From positions 64,062 to 128,061 of the forward strand of contig CAZBEW010000002.1 of assembly GCA_964491115.1 (NCBI GenBank): a stretch of DNA of 64,000 nt, written 5' to 3'. Source of the DNA: an uncultured Pseudomonadales bacterium (lineage in GTDB: Bacteria > Patescibacteriota > Microgenomatia > UBA1400 > PJMF01). This document shows positions 56,127-64,000 of the stretch, in pieces. The notes under the pieces are model-generated. The model saw only the letters and a program-made list of their open reading frames with translations. It had not been told where the DNA came from and ran no database searches. Each line of letters begins with the position of its first letter. Positions within the stretch are counted from its first letter, which is position 1. The translations under genes were made by a program, and so were the position numbers.

Positions 56127-56810
56127 GTGCAAAAAACGATTTTACTAAATTGGAAAGCCAACAAAAATATTTTTGAAGTTGAGCATTGGTTAAATAATTT
56201 TCCGAAAGACTTACTTACTAATAAGCCTGATTTGAGATTATTAATCGCTCCACCTTTTCCTTTTATTGCTCAGATGCGTCGCTTAATTGATCATCAGCAA
56301 TTAGCGATTGGTCTGGCAGTGCAAGATATTAGCGCGCAAGGAGCAGGGGCTTATACGGGTGAGGTGGTGGCTAAGAATTTAGAATTTTTAGGTGTAGAAA
56401 TGGCAATTATTGGTCATAGTGAAAGACGAAAATTATTTAATGAAAGTTCACAACTAATTGCCAGCAAAGTGCAAAGAGCTTTAGAAGCAGATATCGGAGT
56501 CATGTTGTGTTTAGATGAGCCTGATTTTCCAGAACAAGCCAAACTCTTAACAGAACAAGAAAGAACACGAGTGAGTGTTGCTTACGAACCCGTTTCAGCC
56601 ATTGGCAGTGGTCAGGCAGTTGAGCCTGAGGTAGTCAAGGCTTTTTTCCAAAAACTTCGTCAATTTTTCCCATTTAATCCATTAATTTATGGTGGCAGTG
56701 TCAATCCCAGCAACATTAAAGACTTTTTAGCGATTAGTGATGGGGTGTTGGTGTCGAGTGCTGCATTAGAATTAACTGATTTTATCCTGCTTATTCAGGC
56801 TTTAGATTAA
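56127..56810 (+). CDS. tpiA: Triosephosphate isomerase
   Basis: 'NWKAN', 'IIGHSERR', 'AYEPVSAIGSGQA' and 'YGGSVNPSN' TIM signatures. Confidence 0.85.
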   Translation: MQKTILLNWKANKNIFEVEHWLNNFPKDLLTNKPDLRLLIAPPFPFIAQMRRLIDHQQLAIGLAVQDISAQGAGAYTGEVVAKNLEFLGVEMAIIGHSERRKLFNESSQLIASKVQRALEADIGVMLCLDEPDFPEQAKLLTEQERTRVSVAYEPVSAIGSGQAVEPEVVKAFFQKLRQFFPFNPLIYGGSVNPSNIKDFLAISDGVLVSSAALELTDFILLIQALD

Positions 56811-56877
56811 ATTAACTGGGTAAATTTTTAACTTGCAACTTGAAAATTTGTACTATTTATATATATTCTGATAGATA

Positions 56878-58245
56878 GTGAAAATTAAAGAAATCATTTT
56901 ATTAGGTTTAATTTTATTAATTTCTCTTTTTTTGCGCCTATGGCGATTAAATATCCCCGAACAGATGTATTTTGATGAAGTCTATCATGTGCCAGCGGTG
57001 CAAATGTTAGCAGCTGGGGATTTTACGACGCCTTTTGAATGGTGGCATCGTGCCGATTGGCCAATTTATTTTGATTGGTTGCATCCGCCTTTAGCCAAGT
57101 ATCTGCAAGCGATTACTTTGCGCTTTTTTAATTTCTGGCCAGCACCAGTCATTTGGCGCTTACCTTCAGTGATTTTTGGGCTCATGGCTTTGCTAGTTTT
57201 TTATTTTTTAGCTAAGGAATTGGCTTTTGCGCTTTTAGCCAATGACAAAATTAATAAATTAATTAAAAGCAAGCTGCAAAGAGAAGATTTAGCCAGCAAT
57301 TTTGCCTTAATCGCCAGTGCCCTGTTTGCTAGTGATGGTTTATTTTTAGTGCAGAGTCGCCTAGCCATGAACGATATTTTTTATTTATTTTTTACCCTGA
57401 GTGCCAGCTATTTTTATTTTTTGTATCGTCGGCAAAAAAACTTAATTGTCTTTTTTTTAAGTGGCCTAATGCTGGCTTTGGCTCTCAGCACTAAATGGTC
57501 TGCTGTTTGGCTCATTATTCTGTTTTTAATGCTGGAATTATGGCGAATTTTCCAGGAAAAATCATATCAACAATTAGCATTTGTCCTTTTTTCCTTATTG
57601 CTCACCCCGGTGGTGATTTATTTATTTGCTTATCTTCCTTATTTTTTCAGCGGTAAAAGTTTGCTTGATTTTTTTCAGCTGCAGAAGCAGATTTTAAATT
57701 TTCAATTACATTGGGCTAGTCCGCATCCTTATCAATCGGGGCCACTAGCTTGGCTATTTAATTGGCGGCCAATCTGGTATTTTACTGATTTATCGCATAG
57801 CAATTGGCGTCAGGATATTTATGCGCAAGGCAATCCCCTACTTTTTTTGTACTTGTTTGCTTTACCTCTTTTTTTATGGATATGGAAAAAAAGTTTGAAA
57901 AGCAAAGCTTTAATCAAAAAATGGCAAGCGACACTTTTTCAGCCCAGCTATTTAAGGCTGTTGATAATTTTTTTGGCGTCCTTTTTGCCTTGGATTTTAT
58001 TTGCTAGACCAATGTTTTTTTATCATTTTTTGCCTGCGCTCCCCTATTTAGTTTTATTAGTGACTTGGCCCGTCTATTTATTTAGTTTAAGCATAAAATC
58101 TCCAGACCAACGCCGAGCATTGATTTTTCATTTCTTATTTTGGCCGTTGTTAGTGGCTATACTTTTTTATCCACATTGGACTGCCTTGCCGGTTCCAGAA
58201 AAAGCTGCTCACTATCTTTACTTTTTCTTGAGCAACTGGCGATGA
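56878..58245 (+). CDS. GT39-family (PMT/ArnT-type, GT-C) membrane glycosyltransferase; GTG start
   Basis: First-loop 'MYFDEVYH' DE motif characteristic of protein O-mannosyltransferase / GT39 enzymes. About 11 TM helices. Confidence 0.65.
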   Translation: MKIKEIILLGLILLISLFLRLWRLNIPEQMYFDEVYHVPAVQMLAAGDFTTPFEWWHRADWPIYFDWLHPPLAKYLQAITLRFFNFWPAPVIWRLPSVIFGLMALLVFYFLAKELAFALLANDKINKLIKSKLQREDLASNFALIASALFASDGLFLVQSRLAMNDIFYLFFTLSASYFYFLYRRQKNLIVFFLSGLMLALALSTKWSAVWLIILFLMLELWRIFQEKSYQQLAFVLFSLLLTPVVIYLFAYLPYFFSGKSLLDFFQLQKQILNFQLHWASPHPYQSGPLAWLFNWRPIWYFTDLSHSNWRQDIYAQGNPLLFLYLFALPLFLWIWKKSLKSKALIKKWQATLFQPSYLRLLIIFLASFLPWILFARPMFFYHFLPALPYLVLLVTWPVYLFSLSIKSPDQRRALIFHFLFWPLLVAILFYPHWTALPVPEKAAHYLYFFLSNWR

Positions 58246-58286
58246 GTATAAATAAGGTATAATTTAGCAGAATAATAGTTGGGCTA

Positions 58287-59630
58287 GTGAAGGTTTATAT
58301 GAAAAAAGTAGCAATTATTGGTGGTGGTTTCGGCGCTTTAAATGTGGCGTGGCAATTAAGCAATATTACCGGTCCAGATAAATTACAGATTGATGTTTTT
58401 GAGCAAGACCAACAATTAGCTGGTATGGCTGGGGGTTTTAAAGAGAAAAATTGGGCTTGGACTTTGGACAAACATTATCATCATCTTTTTGCTAAGGATC
58501 GTGCTTTTCAAAAATTTTTAAAAAGCTTGGGTTTGGAGGAAAAACTTTTTTTCAAAAAGACTAAAACTAGTACCCGTTGGCAAGGGAAAAATTTTCAATT
58601 AGATTCGGCTTTGAGCCTTTTAGCTTTTCAAGAATTAAGTTTCTTTGATCGTTTGCGTACTGGTGCAGTCTTAGCTTTTTTAAAAATTTTACCCAATGGT
58701 CAGTTTCTGGAAAAATATCCAGCTAGTGTTTTTTTACAAAAAACTATGGGCCAGAAACCCTGGCAAATAATTTGGCAACCTTTATTTAAATCTAAATTTT
58801 CTGCTTGGGCAGCAGATATTAATATGGCTTGGTTTTGGGCCAGAATTAAGCCAAGAACGGTTAAATTAGCCTATGTTGAAGGTGGTTTTCAATCCCTAGC
58901 CTCAGAAATTCAAAAGAAACTAAGCAAAAAGGGTGTTAAATTTTATTTGCAAGAGCGGGTTGAAAAAATTTACTTGCCAGAGCAAGCAAAAAATAAGCAA
59001 GCTGCTTTCAAATTAAAAATTAAGTCACTAAAAAGTCAAAACAGCAGTACTCAAGAAAAAAAATATGATTTAGTTATTAGCACTCTTCCTTCCACTCAAT
59101 TTAAAAAAATAGCGGCATTACCCGAATTAAAAGACGATCACTTGCAGGGTTTGTCGGCCATGACCATGATTGTGCGTTTAAAAGAGCCCCTTCTAGCAGA
59201 CAAGATCTACTGGTTAAATATTAATGAAAAAAGATGGCCTTTTTTGGCAGTCGTTGAACATGATCATTTTGTGGATAATAAACATTACAATCATGAGCAC
59301 TTAGTCTATTTAGGCAGATATTTATCGAGTGATGAGCCAGCCTATCGCCAGTCAGCCAAAACAATCTGGCAAAGTTATTTACCATACTTGCGCAAATTAA
59401 ACCCAAATGTTGAGCAATTACTAATTGATTATCGTTTATATAAAGAAGATTTTGCCCAACCCTTAGTCAGGGTTAATCATAGTCAGCATTTACCAAAAAT
59501 GCGCACTAGTTGTCCCAAGCTTTATTGGGTATCAATGCAACACATTTATCCTTTTGATCGAGGGCTAAATCAGGCAATCGTCGCCAGCAATCAACTAGTT
59601 GCCGAGATTAAGCAAGATTTGAGTCTTTAG
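58287..59630 (+). CDS. FAD/NAD(P)-binding oxidoreductase (amine-oxidase / protoporphyrinogen-oxidase / UDP-galactopyranose-mutase-like fold)
   Basis: The N-terminal Rossmann dinucleotide motif 'KVAIIGGGFGALNVAW' and a 447-aa length. Sandwiched between two GT-C-like membrane proteins. Confidence 0.55.
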   Translation: MKVYMKKVAIIGGGFGALNVAWQLSNITGPDKLQIDVFEQDQQLAGMAGGFKEKNWAWTLDKHYHHLFAKDRAFQKFLKSLGLEEKLFFKKTKTSTRWQGKNFQLDSALSLLAFQELSFFDRLRTGAVLAFLKILPNGQFLEKYPASVFLQKTMGQKPWQIIWQPLFKSKFSAWAADINMAWFWARIKPRTVKLAYVEGGFQSLASEIQKKLSKKGVKFYLQERVEKIYLPEQAKNKQAAFKLKIKSLKSQNSSTQEKKYDLVISTLPSTQFKKIAALPELKDDHLQGLSAMTMIVRLKEPLLADKIYWLNINEKRWPFLAVVEHDHFVDNKHYNHEHLVYLGRYLSSDEPAYRQSAKTIWQSYLPYLRKLNPNVEQLLIDYRLYKEDFAQPLVRVNHSQHLPKMRTSCPKLYWVSMQHIYPFDRGLNQAIVASNQLVAEIKQDLSL

Positions 59631-59677
59631 TGTTGTTAAAATTCTAGATCACAACTTAGAATTTTTTTGTTATAGTA

Positions 59678-61867
59678 GTGAGGATGATTTTTCAAGTTTA
59701 TTTATCTTTATTACTTTTACAATTATTAGCAATCCCCCTATTTGCTTATTTGAGTAAAACTTTTACGCAAATTAAAGATGGCCTATGGGCTTTTGCTCGT
59801 TTTTTTAGCTGGTTTATCTTGTCTTTACTGGTCTTTTTTATTGCTTACTTAAAAATCCCAATCAACACTACTGTTGGTGTCTATATTGTCTTATTAGTGC
59901 TGTTTTTAATAAATATTTATTTTTTATTTATTGCCAAAAACCACCAGCAACAACAAGAATTACTTAAAAATTATTGGCAGAAGTTTCATCGCCAGATTAT
60001 TATCGAGGAATTAGTCTTTTTCGCTTTTTTTAGTTTTTTATTAATTGTCAGAAGTTTTCAACCAGAGATTCTTGGTTTAGAAAAATTCATGGATGCTGGT
60101 TTTATTCAGGCTTATCTGAAATCACCCACTTTGCCCGCAGCAGATATGTGGTTTGCTGGTGAATCAATAAATTATTATAGTTTTGGTCATTTTATGGGTG
60201 CGATTTTAGTTCATCTATGGCGCATTGATTTAGCCTGGTCTTACAATTTTCTATTGGCGACCGTTATGGCTTTGTTGGCTAGCGAAGTTTTTTCTTTAAC
60301 TTTTAATCTTAGAAGCCATTTTACTTGGAAATCGTCAGTTAAAAAAGAAAAAAAGACTGAAGCACAAGCCAATTTTTCAGCTTCGGCTGGGACTGCTCTC
60401 CTTGCCAGTTTCCTAGTCACTTTATTTGGCAATGGCCATGCGCTTTGGTATTTTTTGACTAATGGCAACTTTATTGATTATTGGTATCCCAATGCCACTC
60501 GTTTTATCGAGCGCACTATTCATGAATTTGCTGTTTATAGTTTTGTGGTGAGCGACCTGCACGCTCATGTGTGGTCGATGCCCATCGTCATTGCCCTGCT
60601 AATGACGATTTTTTTATGGTTAAGCGAATTAATTGAAGAAGTTAAAAGACAAAAAATTATCAAACTATTTGCCGAACGATTTTTTATTTTGAGTTTAGTT
60701 TTGGGAGTATTATTTGGCAGTTTGGTCATGACTAACACCTGGGATGTTTTTATTTATGCCATTTTATTATTAGTCTTGGGAGTTTTATTATTAATGTGGC
60801 GAACTGATTTTTTCTGGCCACTGTGTAGTTCAGCTTTGGGTATAACTTTAACTACGGCAATTGTTAGTGCGCCTTGGTTTCTTAATTTTCAATCTATTTC
60901 AGAAGGAGTTCGCATGGCCACCGAACACTCTCCAATTTGGCAATTATTAGTGTTGTGGGGAGCCCACACCATTCCGGTTTTAATTTTTATTATTATTTTG
61001 TTAGTTAATCGAAAACGACGAAGTAAAAAAGAAGAGGCGGCTTGGTTCTTTACACTGGGTACTTTTTTGGCTTTCCTTGTTTTATTAATTTTTACTGAAT
61101 TCTTTTATTTTAAAGATATTTATACTGGTTATCCACGATCTAATACCATGTTTAAATTGATGTTTCAAGGTTTTATTTGGATAGCGATTTTATTGGCTTT
61201 GGCGATCTCTTTCTTCATTAGTCGGGCAAAAAGCCAACAATGCTTCAACTGGCAATTGCTTGATATTCGTGAAGCTTTGCCCTGGAAAAAGAATAAATTA
61301 TTCAAAGTAAAAGTGGCAGCTCGTACTGTTGTATTTCTGTATTTGCCCATCGCTGCTTTAATTGTTGGTTTAGCGGCCTATCCAGTTTTAGCCTTTAAAA
61401 GTTACTATGGTTTTAAAAATTATCAGGGTTTAGACGGCTTACAGTGGATGAATAAAAAATATCCCAGCTCTTATGCCATGGTTAATTATTTAAAAAACAA
61501 TGAGCCACAGCAAGTTAATATTTTAGAAGCGAGTGGTGAAAGTTTCACTGAATTTTCCATGGTTTCGGCTTTTTCTGGTATGCCGACTGTGGTTGGTTGG
61601 CAGGTTCACGAATGGTTGTGGCGAGGCACTTGGGATCTGCCAGCCAAGCGCCTGACCGAAGTTGAAACAATTTATCTAAATCCCACTAGTCAACAAAGCC
61701 GCGCTCTTTTAGATCAATATCAAATTAAATATATAGTGATTAGCAATCGCGAGCGAGAAAAACATCCCAACTTAAATGAACAGGCTCTGCTCAGCTTGGG
61801 TCAAGTAGTTTGGACTGGCAGCGAAGACGGATCGCAGCAGGATTATCTTATTTTACTTGAAAAGTAA
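59678..61867 (+). CDS. Large polytopic membrane protein with an extracytoplasmic C-terminal domain, DUF2298/'YYY'-like (GT-C-like) candidate
   Basis: About 14 hydrophobic helices (aa 1-560) and a roughly 170-aa soluble C-terminus. The architecture resembles archaeal/CPR YYY-domain glycosyltransferase-like proteins. No catalytic motif could be verified. Confidence 0.35.
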   Translation: MRMIFQVYLSLLLLQLLAIPLFAYLSKTFTQIKDGLWAFARFFSWFILSLLVFFIAYLKIPINTTVGVYIVLLVLFLINIYFLFIAKNHQQQQELLKNYWQKFHRQIIIEELVFFAFFSFLLIVRSFQPEILGLEKFMDAGFIQAYLKSPTLPAADMWFAGESINYYSFGHFMGAILVHLWRIDLAWSYNFLLATVMALLASEVFSLTFNLRSHFTWKSSVKKEKKTEAQANFSASAGTALLASFLVTLFGNGHALWYFLTNGNFIDYWYPNATRFIERTIHEFAVYSFVVSDLHAHVWSMPIVIALLMTIFLWLSELIEEVKRQKIIKLFAERFFILSLVLGVLFGSLVMTNTWDVFIYAILLLVLGVLLLMWRTDFFWPLCSSALGITLTTAIVSAPWFLNFQSISEGVRMATEHSPIWQLLVLWGAHTIPVLIFIIILLVNRKRRSKKEEAAWFFTLGTFLAFLVLLIFTEFFYFKDIYTGYPRSNTMFKLMFQGFIWIAILLALAISFFISRAKSQQCFNWQLLDIREALPWKKNKLFKVKVAARTVVFLYLPIAALIVGLAAYPVLAFKSYYGFKNYQGLDGLQWMNKKYPSSYAMVNYLKNNEPQQVNILEASGESFTEFSMVSAFSGMPTVVGWQVHEWLWRGTWDLPAKRLTEVETIYLNPTSQQSRALLDQYQIKYIVISNREREKHPNLNEQALLSLGQVVWTGSEDGSQQDYLILLEK

Positions 61868-62633
61868 CCACCACTGTTTTAGATAAAGTGCTTGATCCTG
61901 GTTCCAGCGATGTAGCTGAGATATCGTTAACTGCCAACTCTTTACTGTAAAAAGATCGATAACTAACATCATTCTCCACAATTTCTAAAATCTTGACAAT
62001 TTTTTGTTGATTTTTGGCAGCAATAGTTTCTGCTTTATTTCGGGCATCAGCGACAGCGTCATTAATTAATTCGCCTTCGCTAACATGTTGTTCGTCTAGC
62101 CTAAAATTAGGACCATAGACGTAATTTGCCTGGCTTTTGTTTAAAAGATGTAGTAATTCTTCACTTTCTTGCTTGAGTAAGGCACTCTGCTCATTGCGCA
62201 AAGTGATGCTGATGCTGGTATTAGCTCGCCAATCACCAGTTTTACCCGTGATGTTTTCTTCTCCAATCATCTTTATCTCTGGATTAGCCAATGGCGCAAC
62301 TGAGTCTTCATTTTCTTGATAAACGCTGACTTGATTGGTTTGAATATCTTCGTCAGCAATGCCAAAATTTTTCACATCAATTAATAGTTGATCTACAACT
62401 TGATTAGCATTATTAATTGCTTGCTCTTTTGTTGGGGCAATTACTTCAATGCCAGCAGAAAATTCAGCCAGCTGATTGGAAACGTTTTCTTGCGCTAAAC
62501 CTTGAACAGTAATGATGCTTTTTTCATTGTTAAATAGTGTTAGCGAAGTAAAATTTTGGATTAAAAAATAAGTCGAAAAGCCGAGAATAAAAACTAGTAA
62601 AAATTTAAAAAAGGTATTGTTGTTATTGTTCAT
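61848..62633 (-). CDS. N-terminally anchored periplasmic protein, SIMPL/DUF541-like
   Basis: An N-terminal TM helix (FFKFLLVFILGFSTYFLI), then alternating beta/alpha character with a conserved-looking 'TVQGLAQE...EFSAGIEV' start typical of the SIMPL domain. Confidence 0.35.
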   Translation of the reverse strand: MNNNNNTFFKFLLVFILGFSTYFLIQNFTSLTLFNNEKSIITVQGLAQENVSNQLAEFSAGIEVIAPTKEQAINNANQVVDQLLIDVKNFGIADEDIQTNQVSVYQENEDSVAPLANPEIKMIGEENITGKTGDWRANTSISITLRNEQSALLKQESEELLHLLNKSQANYVYGPNFRLDEQHVSEGELINDAVADARNKAETIAAKNQQKIVKILEIVENDVSYRSFYSKELAVNDISATSLEPGSSTLSKTVVVTFQVK

Positions 62634-62681
62634 ATGGTGGTCATTATTGCACAGATTGGCTGCTTTTGAAAAGTGTAAGAA

Positions 62682-63653
62682 CTAGCTATCGCTAATTAAC
62701 TCAGCAAATTCGGCACTCACCCATGCCTCTTGTCCTTCAAACTTGATCTTTAGCCAGTCTTTAGTTTGCGCACTAGCTGTAGCCTCTAAATCACTTGTCA
62801 AATCTTCTATATAAGGATAATAAAAATTAGTTTTTGCAAAACCCAACTCTTTTGCATTTTTATCAGCTGCTTCTCTCACTCTTAGAACTTCTAAATTATC
62901 AACAAAAAAATTAGTGCTGTTAATCTTAACTTTTTTACCAATAATCGCTGTTGCTTCTGCCCTGCCCCAACTTTCATCTTCTGTTAACTGGGTTGAGTCA
63001 CTGGCACTGGCATCCACAATAGAGTCGACCAACTCCTGCTGTAGATCAATATTTGGATCAATCGTAGCTGAGTTTAATTTAGCTAAGGTGATGCTTGCCT
63101 TAATCTTATATCCAGGCAAAACTTGCACGACATTTTCTTGGGTCTGATAAGAAGGCAGACTAACTTGATAGGTATATTCTTTGGGTTCTAAGTTTTCTAA
63201 AGTCAGTGGTGCGTATTGAACGGCATCGTCTTCAAAGCTAAGGAGAGCGTTTTCTGGATGAGTTTCAAAACTAAGCACGCCTACATCATCTGAGTTTTTT
63301 AGAGGCTCCAGTTCATAAATAACAACTGAACTTTCTTTAGCACTGGCTCCTGGCGTATAGGAAATCACCGTGAGCGTGCCTTTACTTAAAGTAATGAACA
63401 AGCTTAGTTCGGCTAAATTTTCATCATCAGGGACAATTTTTAAAACATGGTTGCCACTCTTAATAGCTTTTTCAAACAAGGGTGCTTTTTCCAAATACTC
63501 ATCATCTAAAAAAACGCTGGCGTATTGGTCTGAGCCATGGTACTCAATTTGTAGACCAGCTAAATTAATTGTTTTTGGAGGATTAAAATACAGAAACAGC
63601 GCAGCACTTAAAATCACAATCGACAGAAAAAATAGCCAATAACGCTTTATCAT
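62682..63653 (-). CDS. N-terminally anchored hypothetical protein with beta-rich (PEGA-like?) repeats
   Basis: A TM helix (YWLFFLSIVILSAALFLYF), and two segments resembling PEGA/carboxypeptidase-regulatory-like beta-sandwich repeats. Confidence 0.35.
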   Translation of the reverse strand: MIKRYWLFFLSIVILSAALFLYFNPPKTINLAGLQIEYHGSDQYASVFLDDEYLEKAPLFEKAIKSGNHVLKIVPDDENLAELSLFITLSKGTLTVISYTPGASAKESSVVIYELEPLKNSDDVGVLSFETHPENALLSFEDDAVQYAPLTLENLEPKEYTYQVSLPSYQTQENVVQVLPGYKIKASITLAKLNSATIDPNIDLQQELVDSIVDASASDSTQLTEDESWGRAEATAIIGKKVKINSTNFFVDNLEVLRVREAADKNAKELGFAKTNFYYPYIEDLTSDLEATASAQTKDWLKIKFEGQEAWVSAEFAELISDS

Positions 63654-63701
63654 CTATTAATTTTATATTACTAGTCGTAGTATAACAAATTTGCCGATGT
63701 C

Positions 63702-64000
63702 TTAGTTAAGAGCGATTTTGAGCACATCTTTAACGTCTTGAACTGGGAAAAATTGCAGATTTTTTTTGACTTCTTTGGGGATTTTAATCAAATCTCTTTC
63801 ATTATCTTGAGGAATGATGACGATTTTACTACCAGCCCGATGAGCAGCAATGGCTTTTTCTTTCAGACCACCAATTCTTAAAACTCTCCCTCGCAAAGTG
63901 ATTTCTCCAGTCATAGCAACATCACGGCGCACGGCCTTGTTTTTAAAAGCCGAGACAATGGCAGTGGTAATTGTTACTCCTGCTGATGGACCATCTTTCG
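63702..64000 (-). CDS. lon: Lon protease, C-terminal S16 proteolytic domain only; the gene continues beyond the window edge
   Basis: Hand translation through the window edge gives 'KDGPSAGVTITTAIVSAFKNKAVRRDVAMTGEITLRGRVLRIGGLKEKAIAAHRAGSKIVIIP', which contains the Lon catalytic-Ser block (PKDGPSAG) and the 'AMTGEITLRG..L.IGG.KEK' block. Confidence 0.9.
   Translation of the reverse strand, partial: KDGPSAGVTITTAIVSAFKNKAVRRDVAMTGEITLRGRVLRIGGLKEKAIAAHRAGSKIVIIPQDNERDLIKIPKEVKKNLQFFPVQDVKDVLKIALN

Noticed and set aside
1-64000. CRISPR arrays, rRNA genes, IS elements with terminal inverted repeats
   Set aside because: No spaced direct-repeat arrays, no rRNA-like conserved stretches and no transposase ORFs were seen anywhere in the window.

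Overview
This 64-kb window looks like a streamlined, gene-dense bacterial chromosome segment with roughly 38% GC, shorter AT-rich patches and the standard genetic code. Many universal proteins are unusually short (EF-Ts 154 aa, a 185-aa YebC, a trigger factor with no PPIase domain, a PheT with no N-terminal tRNA-binding domain). Others carry Lys/Ala/Pro-rich tails (NusB, S16). There are no fatty-acid synthesis genes, although the rpmF-ACP-rnc arrangement is kept as a relic. A large retractile type IV pilus system and GT39-type glycosyltransferases are present. Together these features fit a Candidate Phyla Radiation (Patescibacteria)-like genome, and that assignment is inference.

Housekeeping content:
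- Ribosome and translation: rpsB (5' end possibly beyond the window), tsf, rpmF, rpsP, rplT, rpmI, infC, tig, tyrS, pheS, pheT.
- Replication and repair: gyrB and gyrA with a family II inorganic pyrophosphatase between them, a delta'-like clamp-loader subunit, recG, pcrA/uvrD, and a xerC/D-type recombinase.
- Other housekeeping genes: nusB, rnc, gap, tpiA, a lon fragment at the 3' edge, a PBP1A, a FemAB-family transferase, tRNA-Ala(GGC) and tRNA-Val(GAC).

The most distinctive content is a two-locus type IV pilus system.
- Locus 1 (16.7-30.7 kb) encodes PilB with a roughly 270-aa disordered N-terminus containing hexapeptide repeats, then PilT, PilC, a major pilin followed by a strong terminator, PilD and a Cys-rich membrane protein.
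- Four further prepilins follow, then a converging minus-strand operon with a sixth prepilin, a 671-aa secreted Cys-rich protein with a Pro/Thr linker, and two more anchored proteins.
- Five of the six prepilins have Ala rather than Gly at the -1 cleavage position.
- Locus 2 (33.4-36.9 kb) encodes PilM, PilN, PilO and a fourth anchored protein.

Other things worth a second look:
- Several PT-rich surface proteins, which could be substrates for a GT39 / FAD-oxidoreductase / YYY-like membrane-protein module at 56.9-61.9 kb.
- A 1-kb noncoding, partly GC-rich region at 4.4-5.5 kb.
- A very AT-rich GT-C-like gene lying between the xer gene and tRNA-Ala.
- An ACP homolog that has lost its phosphopantetheine serine.

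No rRNA, CRISPR array or obvious IS element was seen.
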